Below, piece after piece: positions 36,993 to 47,061 of a DNA stretch of 64,000 nucleotides. The notes beneath the pieces were generated by a model. That model saw nothing but the letters and a program-made list of their open reading frames with translations. It ran no database searches and was not told the origin of the DNA. This DNA comes from Alphaproteobacteria bacterium (lineage in GTDB: Bacteria > Pseudomonadota > Alphaproteobacteria > SP197). Numbering within the stretch: the stretch's first letter is position 1; the number at the start of each line of letters is the position of its first letter. The stretch is taken from NCBI GenBank assembly GCA_965228895.1, contig OZ245842.1, positions 4,576,001 to 4,640,000 of the forward strand, given 5' to 3'. Position numbers and translations under genes: made by a program.

Positions 36993-37008
36993 TGTGACCG
37001 GCATCACT
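36993..37008. promoter_or_regulatory. CRP-family binding site
   Basis: TGTGA-CCGGCA-TCACT (9/10 match to TGTGA-N6-TCACA). Confidence 0.55.
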
Positions 37009-37122
37009 CGTCATGGCTTCGTTCGCCGGATTGGTAATGGTAATCACTGTCTTGCCGGCCCGCGGCCTTCCGAAGCGCCGCTGGTCGTGATGTCGCAGCA
37101 TCGCAGTCGCCAAGGGATCGCA

Positions 37123-39186
37123 ATGAAACATCTGCTCGCTACCGTCAGCCTCGCCCTCACCGCAACCGTCTCGCTCGGCGCGTTTGCCGGCATGGACGAA
37201 GCCAAGAACGCCTACGACACCGGCCAGTACGAATCGGCCTATCAGGAATTCGAAATCCTCTATGGCGAGGGCGACGCCGAGGCAGCGTACTACCTGGGCC
37301 GTATGCATCACTTTGGCGAGGGCGTATCGCAGAACTATTCGCAGGCGCTGAACTGGTACCGCACGGCGGCCGATGGCGGCCATGCGGAGGCCTACTTCGT
37401 GATGGGCCAGATGTACGAAAAGGGCCAGGGCTCGCCGCAGGATTTCACCCGCGCCTTTGAGGCCTATCGGGCCGCATCCGATCTCGACCACATGGCCTCG
37501 CGCAAGCGCCTGGCGATGATGCACGCGGAAGGCCTGGGCACGCCGGTCGACTATGGCGAAGCCGCCCGGTTGATGCAGACCGTCGCCGACACCGGCGATG
37601 CGGAGGCCCAGCAGTTGCTCGCCTATCTGATGGAGAGCGGCCAGGTGCCCAAGGATGTGGCTTCCGGCTCCAGCGAGCCCACGGTTGCGGCGATGCCGGC
37701 GGAGCCGCTCACGCCCGCCGAACAAATGCGCGCGCGGTTTGAACGCGCGCTGCATAGCGTCGACATGGGCCAGCAGCCTGACGCCGAAGCCGACCTGCTC
37801 TGGGAGCTCGATGTCACCGAAGCCGACGACGGCACCATTACCCTGGATCTTCTTGGCCTTAACCTGGTCGGCGAGGACGCTGCCTGGGAGATCGGCGATG
37901 CGCGCACCGTCATGACGCCGGTCGGCGATGCCATCTACGACACCACTGTCGAACTGCCCCAGGAGACCGTGTTCCTGGATGAAAAAGACCAGGCCATCGG
38001 CGGCACGACGTTCGCCAGCCAAAGTTTTGAAGGCATCTACCACCTGGATTTCGGTCAGTTCGTCACGCTGGACGCGGCCTATGACGATATCCGGGTCAAG
38101 GCCGAACCCGCCGGCGAGCCGGCGTTCGAAGTCTCGATTGCGCGTGTGGCCGCCCTTATGAACTTGGAGGAGACGGCGCCGGGCAAATGGTCGGGACCCT
38201 ATACCGGCGGTTTGGAATCGCTTGCCATCGACATCGCGGGCGAAGGCGGCATGACCGCTGACCGCATCTGGTTCGATACGGATACGCAGGGCGCCGATCT
38301 CGCGTTCTTCTCCACCCTTCAGCAGAACATGGAGCGCATGCAGTACGAGATGGCGGAGGATCCCGCCAGCGTCGACCAGAAGGCGATAGGCCAGATGATG
38401 CAGCAAGCCTTCGCCGAGTTCCGCACCCTGCTGGTTGAGCACCAGCCGTTGATCCAAAGCGTCGACTTCGCGCTGGGCGCCAACGGCACCCGCGTGGTCG
38501 ACGGTGACGGCGCGGTTCAGTTCGCCGCCGACGAGATCGGCTACGGCATTGGATTGACCAATCTGGACCAGCCGCTATCAACCATGTCGATCAACTACGG
38601 TCACACCGGCCTTGAAGCCGCCACGGACGAGGAGGTGCCGGACGCCTATCTGCCGACTGAGATGGAAGTCGCGTTTGAGTTCGACCGCCTGCCGCTCGAA
38701 CAAGCCATGACCATGATGGTGGAGATGATGGAAGGCGCGGCCGCCGACCCGGCGAGCTTTGAGGAGCAGATGGAAATGTCGCTGATGTTCCTGGGACTGG
38801 GCATGCAGCAGCAGTTCGTCAGCTCCGGCAGCGTGTTCCGCATCAAGGCGTTCAACTACGACAGCGAGGCGCTCGACGCCACCATGGCCGGCGAGGTCAC
38901 GGCGTCGGCCGAGTCACCCTATGGCGCCGTCGGCGCGATCGATCTGCAGATCGTCGGTTTGGACCAGGCCGTACAGGACCTGTCGGCCAACGCGGGCAAG
39001 GATCCCGATGCCCAAGACATGGTGGCGACCTTGACCATGCTGCAGTCCATGGGCGCGCGTACCGAAGCCGAAGGCCGTTCGATCCACGACTACGCCTTCA
39101 ACTTCACGCCCGACGGCCAGATCCTGCTGAACGGCAACGATATGGGGCCGATGATTGGCGGCATGATGGGCGAAGGTCAGCCCTGA
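37123..39186 (+). CDS. Exported Sel1-repeat protein with large acidic beta-rich C-terminal region (DUF2125/DUF945-like end)
   Basis: Signal peptide MKHLLATV...AFA; 3-4 Sel1 repeats; C-terminal FTPDGQILLNGND. Confidence 0.82.
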   Translation: MKHLLATVSLALTATVSLGAFAGMDEAKNAYDTGQYESAYQEFEILYGEGDAEAAYYLGRMHHFGEGVSQNYSQALNWYRTAADGGHAEAYFVMGQMYEKGQGSPQDFTRAFEAYRAASDLDHMASRKRLAMMHAEGLGTPVDYGEAARLMQTVADTGDAEAQQLLAYLMESGQVPKDVASGSSEPTVAAMPAEPLTPAEQMRARFERALHSVDMGQQPDAEADLLWELDVTEADDGTITLDLLGLNLVGEDAAWEIGDARTVMTPVGDAIYDTTVELPQETVFLDEKDQAIGGTTFASQSFEGIYHLDFGQFVTLDAAYDDIRVKAEPAGEPAFEVSIARVAALMNLEETAPGKWSGPYTGGLESLAIDIAGEGGMTADRIWFDTDTQGADLAFFSTLQQNMERMQYEMAEDPASVDQKAIGQMMQQAFAEFRTLLVEHQPLIQSVDFALGANGTRVVDGDGAVQFAADEIGYGIGLTNLDQPLSTMSINYGHTGLEAATDEEVPDAYLPTEMEVAFEFDRLPLEQAMTMMVEMMEGAAADPASFEEQMEMSLMFLGLGMQQQFVSSGSVFRIKAFNYDSEALDATMAGEVTASAESPYGAVGAIDLQIVGLDQAVQDLSANAGKDPDAQDMVATLTMLQSMGARTEAEGRSIHDYAFNFTPDGQILLNGNDMGPMIGGMMGEGQP

Positions 39187-40056
39187 TCACGGTCCGCTCT
39201 GGCGGCGAAGCATGGACTCGCGGCGGAAAACATAGATGCCGGCGCAGGCGATGACGGCCGCGCCGGTCAGCGTCAGGGCGTCCGGGAAGTTGCCGAAGAA
39301 GATCAGCCCGAAGATCACCGCCAGCACCATGTGCAGGAACGTGAAAGGCGCCAGCAGCGATACCGGCGCGTATCGATAGGCCAGGATCAAGCTGAAATGG
39401 CCGCCGGTGCCAAAGACACCGGCGGCGGCAAGAAGTAGCCAGTCCAGCGGCGCCGGCGTTTGCCAAACGAACGGCACGGCAATGCTGAGCGCCACGGCAC
39501 CGACGATGGCGGTATAGAAGAGCGTCGTATCCGAACCGTCATGGCGCGCCAGGATACGCGTCAGAATGGCGAAGATGGCCATGCATATCGCTGTGCCGAT
39601 GGGAAGAAAGTAAGCCCAGTGGCGAAACTCAAGGCCCGGGCGCATGATGATGAGCGCGCCGATTAACCCGATAACAATCGCCGCCCAGCGGCGTGGCCCG
39701 ACCTTTTCGCCGAGCAACGGTATCGCCAGCGCCGTCGTCAGGAGCGGCGCGATGAAGCCGATCGCCACGGCATCGGCCAGCGGGATGTATTTGACGGTCA
39801 GAAAGAACAGATAGGTGGTCACGGCCAGCAGCAACGACCTTAGGAGCTGCATGCCCGGCCGTGTCGTGCGCGCGGCCTGCATCATCCGCCGGGGCGGCAG
39901 GATCAGCGGCAGGATTGCCAGGGCGAAGATATAGCGGCCCCAGGCCACCTCGATCGGCGAATAGATCTGCGATAGGTGTTTCGCGACCGTGTCGAGCGAC
40001 ACGAAGAAGATCAGCGACAGCAGGAAATAGCCGATACCGCGAGGGATGTTGTCCAA
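39187..40056 (-). CDS. DMT/EamA transporter
   Basis: PLADAVAIGFIAP, LLGEKVGPRRW, APVSLLAPF. Confidence 0.92.
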   Translation of the reverse strand: MDNIPRGIGYFLLSLIFFVSLDTVAKHLSQIYSPIEVAWGRYIFALAILPLILPPRRMMQAARTTRPGMQLLRSLLLAVTTYLFFLTVKYIPLADAVAIGFIAPLLTTALAIPLLGEKVGPRRWAAIVIGLIGALIIMRPGLEFRHWAYFLPIGTAICMAIFAILTRILARHDGSDTTLFYTAIVGAVALSIAVPFVWQTPAPLDWLLLAAAGVFGTGGHFSLILAYRYAPVSLLAPFTFLHMVLAVIFGLIFFGNFPDALTLTGAAVIACAGIYVFRRESMLRRQSGP

Positions 40057-40189
40057 GGATGATCTGCCCGCGCCGGGATGGCGCTGGGGCCCTGCTTAGC
40101 ACGCAAAACAACCGCACGACATACTTGGCAATCGACGGTCAAACCAAGCTAGAGTGCGCGCCCGCAAGGTCTTTGGGGGAGTTTCAGCG

Positions 40190-41818
40190 GTGGACAACGA
40201 CATCGACGTGCTGGTCGTGGGCGCGGGGCCGGTTGGTCTCTTCATGACATGCGAGCTGATTCGCCATGGCGCGCGGGTGCGCCTTGTCGAAATCGCCGAT
40301 GCCCCGACGACACTGTCCAAGGCAATCGGCGTTCATGCCCGGACCATGGAGGTTTTCCAGGACATCGGTGTTGTCCAGGCCGCGCTTGCCAAAGGCAAGG
40401 TGATGCACGGCGCCAACATTTTTTCCGACGGCAAACGCATCGCCCACCTGTCGTTGGACGAGCTCGACAGCCCCTATCCCTTCCTTCTCGACCTGGAACA
40501 GAGCCGGACCGAAGAGATTCTGATCGACCACTTGGCCGGCCTCGGCGGCGGTGCCGAACGCGGCACCACCATGACCGGTTTCGAACAGGACGATACCGGC
40601 GTTACCGCGACCCTGCGCCGGGGCGACACCGAGGAGACAATAAGCGCCTCCTGGCTGGTCGGCTGCGACGGCGCGCACAGCACGACACGCCACACCCTGG
40701 GCCTGGAGTTCCAGGGCGATGCCCTTCCCCAGAACATGCTTCTGGCCGATGTCCGGCTGGACTGGGGTCAAGTCGATGACGAACTGACGGCAAGCCTGAA
40801 TGATCAGGGCCTATTGTTCGTGGCGCCCTTGGTCGGCGGACGCGCACGCGTCATCGCCGACGTACCCGATGACGTGAAAGAGGTCACGCTCGCCGACGTA
40901 CAACAGGTCATCGACGAACGAGGACCTGGTGGCGGCAAGGTGAGCGACCCGGTCTGGCTGACGACGTTTCGTATCAGCGAGCGCCAGGTCGAGCGCTACC
41001 GTGTCGGCCGCGTGTTCCTGGCCGGCGACGCGGCCCACGTGCACAGCCCTGCCGGCGGTCAGGGCATGAACACCGGCATTCAGGACGCCTATAACCTGGC
41101 GTGGAAACTAGGCTTCGCCATCCGGGGCCAAGCGAGCGAGGCGCTGATCGACAGCTACAATGGCGAACGCCACCCGGTCGGTCATGCGGTGCTGCGCGGC
41201 ACAAGCCTTGCGACCCGCGCCATCACGCTACGCAATCCGCTGGCGCGCCATCTGCGCGACAAGCTCGCCGGCTTCCTGACCAACATCGAGGTGGTTCAAG
41301 AACGCATGCGTACCAATGCCTCGCAGCTGGCCGTGGGCTATCGCGACAGCACGATCGTTGGCGAACACCGCGGACCCGGCCCGGGCGCTCGCGCCTTCAG
41401 CCACGGACCCTTACCGGGTCAGCGAGCGCCGGACGGGGACCTGATGGATCCGCAGGACGGCAGTATGGTCACCCTGTTCGATCTGCTTCGCGGGCCCGCA
41501 CACACCATGGTGTTTTTTGCCGGCACGATCTTGGACGACGGCGATGAAGGGGCGCGCGGCGCGGTCTTGGCGGCGTTGCCTGTTGAACTAGTTGGCGAGC
41601 TGCGCCTGATCTTGATCACGACCGGCGATGAACCTCTGCCGACGACCTGGGACGGCATCCGGGTCGTCGATACCGATGCCGCGTTGCACCACCGTTACGG
41701 CGCGGACAGCGCCTGCGTCTATCTGATCCGCCCCGACGGCTACATCGGCTATCGTGCACAGCCGATGGATGCTGCCTCGCTCCGCGCCTATTTCGATACG
41801 ATCACGGTGCAAGCCTGA
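40190..41818 (+). CDS. FAD-dependent monooxygenase (PHBH/UbiH-like)
   Basis: VVGAGPVGL, VGCDGAHS, LAGDAAHVHSPAGGQGMNTGIQDA, LIRPDGYI. Confidence 0.94.
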   Translation: MDNDIDVLVVGAGPVGLFMTCELIRHGARVRLVEIADAPTTLSKAIGVHARTMEVFQDIGVVQAALAKGKVMHGANIFSDGKRIAHLSLDELDSPYPFLLDLEQSRTEEILIDHLAGLGGGAERGTTMTGFEQDDTGVTATLRRGDTEETISASWLVGCDGAHSTTRHTLGLEFQGDALPQNMLLADVRLDWGQVDDELTASLNDQGLLFVAPLVGGRARVIADVPDDVKEVTLADVQQVIDERGPGGGKVSDPVWLTTFRISERQVERYRVGRVFLAGDAAHVHSPAGGQGMNTGIQDAYNLAWKLGFAIRGQASEALIDSYNGERHPVGHAVLRGTSLATRAITLRNPLARHLRDKLAGFLTNIEVVQERMRTNASQLAVGYRDSTIVGEHRGPGPGARAFSHGPLPGQRAPDGDLMDPQDGSMVTLFDLLRGPAHTMVFFAGTILDDGDEGARGAVLAALPVELVGELRLILITTGDEPLPTTWDGIRVVDTDAALHHRYGADSACVYLIRPDGYIGYRAQPMDAASLRAYFDTITVQA

Positions 41819-41820
41819 AC

Positions 41821-42327
41821 ATGCCAACAACGGCCCCGGCCCTTGTCGCCCACGACAACCTCGACATTCGGGTGAAACCCGAGTGGATCGATTTCAACGG
41901 GCACATGAATATCGCCTGTTACGTCACCGCGTTTGACCTGGCGACCGACAACCTGTTCCTGCTCGTCACACCACAGGTCTGGCGGGATGGTCATTTCACG
42001 GAAGGTTTCTTCATCGTCGAAATGCATGTGACCTACGAGCGCGAACTCTACGAAGATGATCCGCTGAGATTTGATAGCCAAATGCTGGGCGTCGACGACA
42101 AACGCCTGCACTACCTGCACCGCATGTACCATGCCGAGAAGGGATATCTGGCCGCGACCAACGAGATCATGTTCTTGTCGGTCGACACCGAGACGCGCAA
42201 GGTCGCGCCCATGCGCGAGGACATTCGCGACGCCTTTGCCAAGGTGATGGAGGAGCACGCCGGTCTGCCGCGGCCGCCGCAAGCCGGCCGCGTCATGTCG
42301 GTCAAGGCGCGAAAGCCCGGCCGATGA
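41821..42327 (+). CDS. Thioesterase family protein (hotdog fold)
   Basis: EWIDFNGHMN, VEMHVTYEREL, DKRLH. Confidence 0.88.
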   Translation: MPTTAPALVAHDNLDIRVKPEWIDFNGHMNIACYVTAFDLATDNLFLLVTPQVWRDGHFTEGFFIVEMHVTYERELYEDDPLRFDSQMLGVDDKRLHYLHRMYHAEKGYLAATNEIMFLSVDTETRKVAPMREDIRDAFAKVMEEHAGLPRPPQAGRVMSVKARKPGR

Positions 42328-43538
42328 GCGAGGGCCGCTTCGACATTGCGATCGAGCGCGAGCCCGAAGGGCCGAGTCCCATGTCGAAGGGCGACCGCTA
42401 CCGCAGTTTGGCGGCGGTGATCGCCAGTGCCTTTGCCGCATCGCTGACGTTTTCGATTTGCATGCCGCTCTTGGCGCTGATCCTTGAGCGGCGGGGCACA
42501 GACACCGTCCTTATCGGGCTCAACACGGCATCAGCATCGGCGGGCCTGTTGATCTTCACCTTGGCGGCGCCGCTTATCGTCAACCGCTACGGCACGATGC
42601 GCACGCTCTATCTGGGCTTCGTCTTGATGATCTTCTCGATCGCCCTGTTGCCCGTGTTCGACAATGTGTGGGCGTGGTTTCCGCTGCGCTTCATCATGGG
42701 CATCGGCATCGCCATTCACTGGGTCACCAGCGAAACCTGGATCAACACCATCGTCGAAGACCGTATTCGCGGCCGGGTCATGGGGATCTACGTCACCGCG
42801 TTGTCGGGCGGCTACCTCGCCGGACTCCCGGTGCTCTACTTTGTCGGCTCTGAAGGTTACCTGCCGTTCTTTATCATCTGCGCCACCATGGCGGTCGCCG
42901 TCTTTCCCTTGGTCTTCGCGCACAACCTGGCGCCGGGCATCAAAACGACCGAAGGATTCGGCGTGTTGAGCGCCATCCGCCGCGCGCCCGCCACCATGAG
43001 CGCGGCGTTGACCGATGGTTTTGTCTTGGGCGGACTGTTCGCGTTTTTCCTGATTTACGTGCAGCGTTTGGGTTTCGACGAACAGTCGGCGATTGTCATG
43101 CTGATCGTCATGTCGCTCGGCAACGTCGTGATGCAGTACCCAATCGGATTCCTGGTCGACCTCGTCAACCGTCGTCTGCTGCTGATCATCTTTGCGATTC
43201 TGGTCGCGCTGGGCACCATTGCGCTGCCCTTTGTCATCGATCACGAGATCTTGCGATGGGTCCTTTTGTTCGCCTGGGGCGGTGTCATGGGCGGCATCTA
43301 CACCTGCGGGTTGGCGCTTGTCGGTCAACGTTTCAAGAAAGACGAACTGGCCGGCGCCAACGCGACGTTCATCTTCACCTATGAGCTGGGAACGCTGGCG
43401 GGTCCTATTGTCGGCGGCCTTGCCATCAGTTTGTGGAATCCGAATGGTTTGCTCGCCGTGACGGTGAGTGCCGGGGTCCTGTTCGCGCTGTTTACAACCG
43501 CCCGTCATCTGACGGCGAGAGGTAAGGCGTTGGAATAG
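42324..43538 (+). CDS. MFS transporter
   Basis: About 12 TM; LRFIMG, SETWIN...RGRVMGIY, QYPIGFLVD. Confidence 0.9.
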   Translation: MSEGRFDIAIEREPEGPSPMSKGDRYRSLAAVIASAFAASLTFSICMPLLALILERRGTDTVLIGLNTASASAGLLIFTLAAPLIVNRYGTMRTLYLGFVLMIFSIALLPVFDNVWAWFPLRFIMGIGIAIHWVTSETWINTIVEDRIRGRVMGIYVTALSGGYLAGLPVLYFVGSEGYLPFFIICATMAVAVFPLVFAHNLAPGIKTTEGFGVLSAIRRAPATMSAALTDGFVLGGLFAFFLIYVQRLGFDEQSAIVMLIVMSLGNVVMQYPIGFLVDLVNRRLLLIIFAILVALGTIALPFVIDHEILRWVLLFAWGGVMGGIYTCGLALVGQRFKKDELAGANATFIFTYELGTLAGPIVGGLAISLWNPNGLLAVTVSAGVLFALFTTARHLTARGKALE

Positions 43539-43671
43539 CGGAAGAAAATTGGAAGGATTCAAAGCTTAGAAAGTGGTGGACCTCGCGCAAAAGGCACGCC
43601 TATGCTGGCGTGAAGCGGCTGAACAAGAAACAAGGAGCCGCGTGGTTTGGGGTGCAACTGGGGAGACAACA

Positions 43672-44691
43672 ATGACCTCATTGAAGATTCTGGGACTAGC
43701 AACCGCGGCCGTTATGGCAGCGAGCCAGGCATTTGCCGGCGCGACCGTCGACCAAATCAAATCGCAAGATGTCGTGCGCTGCGGCGTCAGCACGGGCCTT
43801 GCCGGTTTCTCGATCGCCGACAGCCAAGGCAACTGGACCGGCCTTGATGCCGATTTCTGCCGCGTTGTCGCGGCCGCCACTCTTGGCGACGCGACGAAGG
43901 TCGAATTTGTGCCGCTTTCCGCGCAACAGCGCTTCACCGCCCTGCAATCGGGCGAGGTCGATCTTCTGTCGCGTAACACGACGTGGACCTTGACCCGCGA
44001 TACGACGCTGGGCCTCGATTTCGTCGGCGTCACCTTCTATGACGGCCAAGGCTTCATGGTACCGGCCGACCTGGGTGTCTCCTCGGCGATGGAGTTGGAT
44101 GGCGCCGCCGTCTGCGTGCAGACCGGCACGACAACCGAGAAGAACCTGACCGACTTCTTCCGCGCGACCGGCATGTCGTTCGAGCCGGTGGTGTTCGAGG
44201 GTCTTGAAGAATCCAAGACCGCGTTCTTCGAAGGCCGCTGCGATGCCTATACGACGGACGCGTCGGGCCTGGCCTCGATCCGCGCCACCGATGCGCCGAA
44301 CCCGGATGACTATGTCATTCTGCCGGAGATCATCTCCAAGGAGCCCTTGGGTCCGGCCGTGCGTAACGACGACAGCGAATGGTTCGACATCGTCAGGTGG
44401 TCGGTCTTCGCGACCCTGCAGGCCGAAGAATTGGGCATCAATTCCGGCAACATCGACGACATGATGAACAGCGAAGACCCCAACGTGCAGCGCGTGACCG
44501 GCGCTGCCGCGGGCATGGGCGAAGCGCTGGGTCTTGACGAGGCCTGGGCCTATAACATCGTTACTCAGGTCGGTAACTACGGCGAGATCTTCGAAGCCAA
44601 TGTCGGCGCCGAAACGCCGCTTGGCTTCCAGCGCGGTATCAACGCGTTGTGGAAGGATGGCGGCCTGATGTACGCGCCGCCGCTGCGCTAA
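43672..44691 (+). CDS. aapJ: General L-amino acid ABC transporter substrate-binding protein
   Basis: CGVSTGLAGFS, RFTALQSGEVDLLSRNTTWT, ISKEPLGP, VGNYGEIF, GLMYAPPLR. Confidence 0.95.
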   Translation: MTSLKILGLATAAVMAASQAFAGATVDQIKSQDVVRCGVSTGLAGFSIADSQGNWTGLDADFCRVVAAATLGDATKVEFVPLSAQQRFTALQSGEVDLLSRNTTWTLTRDTTLGLDFVGVTFYDGQGFMVPADLGVSSAMELDGAAVCVQTGTTTEKNLTDFFRATGMSFEPVVFEGLEESKTAFFEGRCDAYTTDASGLASIRATDAPNPDDYVILPEIISKEPLGPAVRNDDSEWFDIVRWSVFATLQAEELGINSGNIDDMMNSEDPNVQRVTGAAAGMGEALGLDEAWAYNIVTQVGNYGEIFEANVGAETPLGFQRGINALWKDGGLMYAPPLR

Positions 44692-44705
44692 CCGAATAAA
44701 GCCTA

Positions 44706-44738
44706 GCCGCCGCCCTGCCGTAACGCAGGGCGGCGGTG
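44706..44738 (+). terminator. Stem-loop between aapJ and aapQ (mRNA stabiliser/attenuator)
   Basis: GCCGCCGCCCTGC-cgtaac-GCAGGGCGGCGGT. Confidence 0.6.
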
Positions 44739-44751
44739 ACGCTTTAGCGCC

Positions 44752-45946
44752 ATGTCTAGCTATTCGGGCGATCCCGGGGACGTCAAACCGTCGCGTCCTG
44801 CCTTCTGGAACGACCCCGTCATCCGCGGGATCTTCTGGCAAATCGTCGTGGTCGGCGGCGTTGTGCTGTTGGCCGCGTTCCTAGTCTCCAACACGCTCTC
44901 CAATCTGGCGCGCCAAAACATCGCCAGCGGCTTCGGCTTCTTTAACGCTGAGTCAGGGTTTGCCATCGGCGAAGCGATCGTTCCCTTTGCGCCGACCGAT
45001 ACCTACCTGAGAGCCCTCATTGTCGGCCTGTTGAACACGATCAAGGTCGCCGTCGTCGGCGTCTTTTTTGCGACGATCATCGGCACGATCGTCGGGGTCA
45101 TGCGGCTGTCGCATAACTGGCTGATTGCCAAAATCGCCTCGGTCTATGTCGAAGTTCTGCGCAACATCCCGCTGCTGCTTCAGCTGTTCTTCTGGTACTC
45201 GCTGATCGTCTCGACCTTGCCGCGGGCCAAGGATGCACTGGGACCGTTCCTGGGGTTCCATCTGTCCAACCGCGGGCTGAACATACCGGTGCCCGACGAC
45301 TGGGCCTATCTCGGACCGATAGTCGGCATCCTGTTGGCCGCCGTGGTCACGTGGATCCTGCTGAAACGCAGCAAACGTATCCACGACGCAACCGGCGAGA
45401 CCAAACCGGTGCTGTGGCCGTCCGTCGGCATCTTCATCATGTTCATCTTCCTGGGCTGGGCCTCGACCGGATTCCCGACCTCGATCGATGCGCCGTCGGT
45501 CGCTACAGGGCTTCTCATTCCAGGGCGGCGTCGACGTTTCGTCGGAGTTTCTTGCCCTTTGGCTTGGTCTGACGCTCTATACCGCCTCGTTCATCGCCGA
45601 GATCGTCAGAAGCGGCATTCTTGCGGTCAACAAGGGCCAATGGGAAGCGGCCGGTGCGTTGGGGCTAAGGCGCGGCCAGATCTTGCGGTTCATCGCCCTG
45701 CCCCAGGCCATGCGCGTCATCATCCCGCCGATGACCAGCCAGTATCTCAATCTCACCAAGAACAGCTCTCTGGCGGTCGCCATCGGCTATCCCGACATCG
45801 TGTCGGTCGCCGGCACGACCATCAACCAGACCGGTCAGGCGATCGAGGGAATCGCCGTGATCATGGCGGTTTACCTGACCTTGAGCCTGTCGATCTCGCT
45901 GTTCATGAACTGGTACAACAAGCGCATTGCGCTGGTGGAGCGCTGA
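44752..45946 (+). pseudogene. aapQ: Amino acid ABC permease, frameshifted near 45495-45502
   Basis: N-terminal part (RNIPLLLQL) is in one frame; C-terminal part (LQGFSFQGG...AEIVRSGI...LTKNSSLA) is in another; GTCG tandem duplication at the junction. Confidence 0.88.
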
Positions 45947-45947
45947 C

Positions 45948-47048
45948 GTGTCAGATTCGGCCTTAGAAAGTCCCGAAATGGTACGCCCGCCGCGGCAGTC
46001 GGTCGGCGCTGTCGGCTGGCTTCGGGCGCACCTGTTCAGCTCCTGGTTCAACACGATTTTGACCGGCATTGCCGTCTGGATCATCATCGAGACCATACCC
46101 GGCATCATCATGTGGGCCTTTGTCGATTCGGTCTGGGGTGATGCCTCGCCGGAGACCTGCAAGGCGGCGGATGGCGCCTGCTGGGCCTTCATCTACGAGA
46201 AGTACCGCTTCATCCTGTTCGGTGTTTACCCCTGGGAGGAGCACTACCGGCCGCTGCTGGCCATGATCATCTTCCTGACCCTGGTGCTGACCAGCTGTTT
46301 CCGGCGCGCCTGGGGCCGGCCGCTGATTGCCGGCTGGATCATCGGCCTGGCCGCGGTGGCGGTGCTGATGTGGGGCGGTGTCCTGGGCCTGACCTATGTC
46401 GATCAGAGCCAGTGGGGCGGCCTTCCGTTGACCCTGTTCCTGGCTACCTTCGGCATCGCCGGCGCGTTTCCGATCTCGATCCTGCTGGCGCTGGGCCGAC
46501 GTTCGAAAATGCCCGCTATTAAGGCGCTATGTATCGGATACATTGAGCTTATTCGCGGCGTCCCCTTGATCAGCATCCTGTTCATGGCATCCGTCATGTT
46601 CCCGCTGTTCCTGCCACAGGGCATCAGCATCGATAAGCTGCTGCGTGCGCAGGTCGGTATCATCCTGTTCTCCGCGGCCTATCTGGCGGAAGTGATCCGC
46701 GGCGGTCTGCAGGCCATCCCCAAGGGCCAGTACGAGGCTGCCGATGCTCTGGGGCTCACCTATTGGCAGTCGATGCGCAAGATCATCCTGCCGCAGGCGC
46801 TTCGCATCACCATTCCGCCGATGGTCAACACCTTCATCGGCGGCTTCAAGGACACCTCGCTGGTCGTCATCATCGGCCTCTTTGACCTCTTGATGACCAC
46901 CCGTGTCGCCTTCCAGGACATCGAATGGCGGCCGTTTTTTGTCGAGGGCTACGTGTTCTGCGCCCTCATCTATTTCTGTTTCTGTTTCTTCATGTCCAAA
47001 TACAGCCAGTGGCTGGAGCGCGATCTGACGCGCGGCCACTCGCACTGA
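45948..47048 (+). CDS. aapM: Amino acid ABC permease
   Basis: WGGLPLT, IELIRGVPLI, AEVIRGGLQAIPKGQYEAA, FKDTSLV. Confidence 0.95.
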   Translation: MSDSALESPEMVRPPRQSVGAVGWLRAHLFSSWFNTILTGIAVWIIIETIPGIIMWAFVDSVWGDASPETCKAADGACWAFIYEKYRFILFGVYPWEEHYRPLLAMIIFLTLVLTSCFRRAWGRPLIAGWIIGLAAVAVLMWGGVLGLTYVDQSQWGGLPLTLFLATFGIAGAFPISILLALGRRSKMPAIKALCIGYIELIRGVPLISILFMASVMFPLFLPQGISIDKLLRAQVGIILFSAAYLAEVIRGGLQAIPKGQYEAADALGLTYWQSMRKIILPQALRITIPPMVNTFIGGFKDTSLVVIIGLFDLLMTTRVAFQDIEWRPFFVEGYVFCALIYFCFCFFMSKYSQWLERDLTRGHSH

Positions 47049-47061
47049 CGGAGAGGTTGTT

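Noticed and set aside
36804-37007. 67-aa minus-strand ORF
   Set aside because: No SD, atypical composition, and it starts inside the predicted regulatory site.
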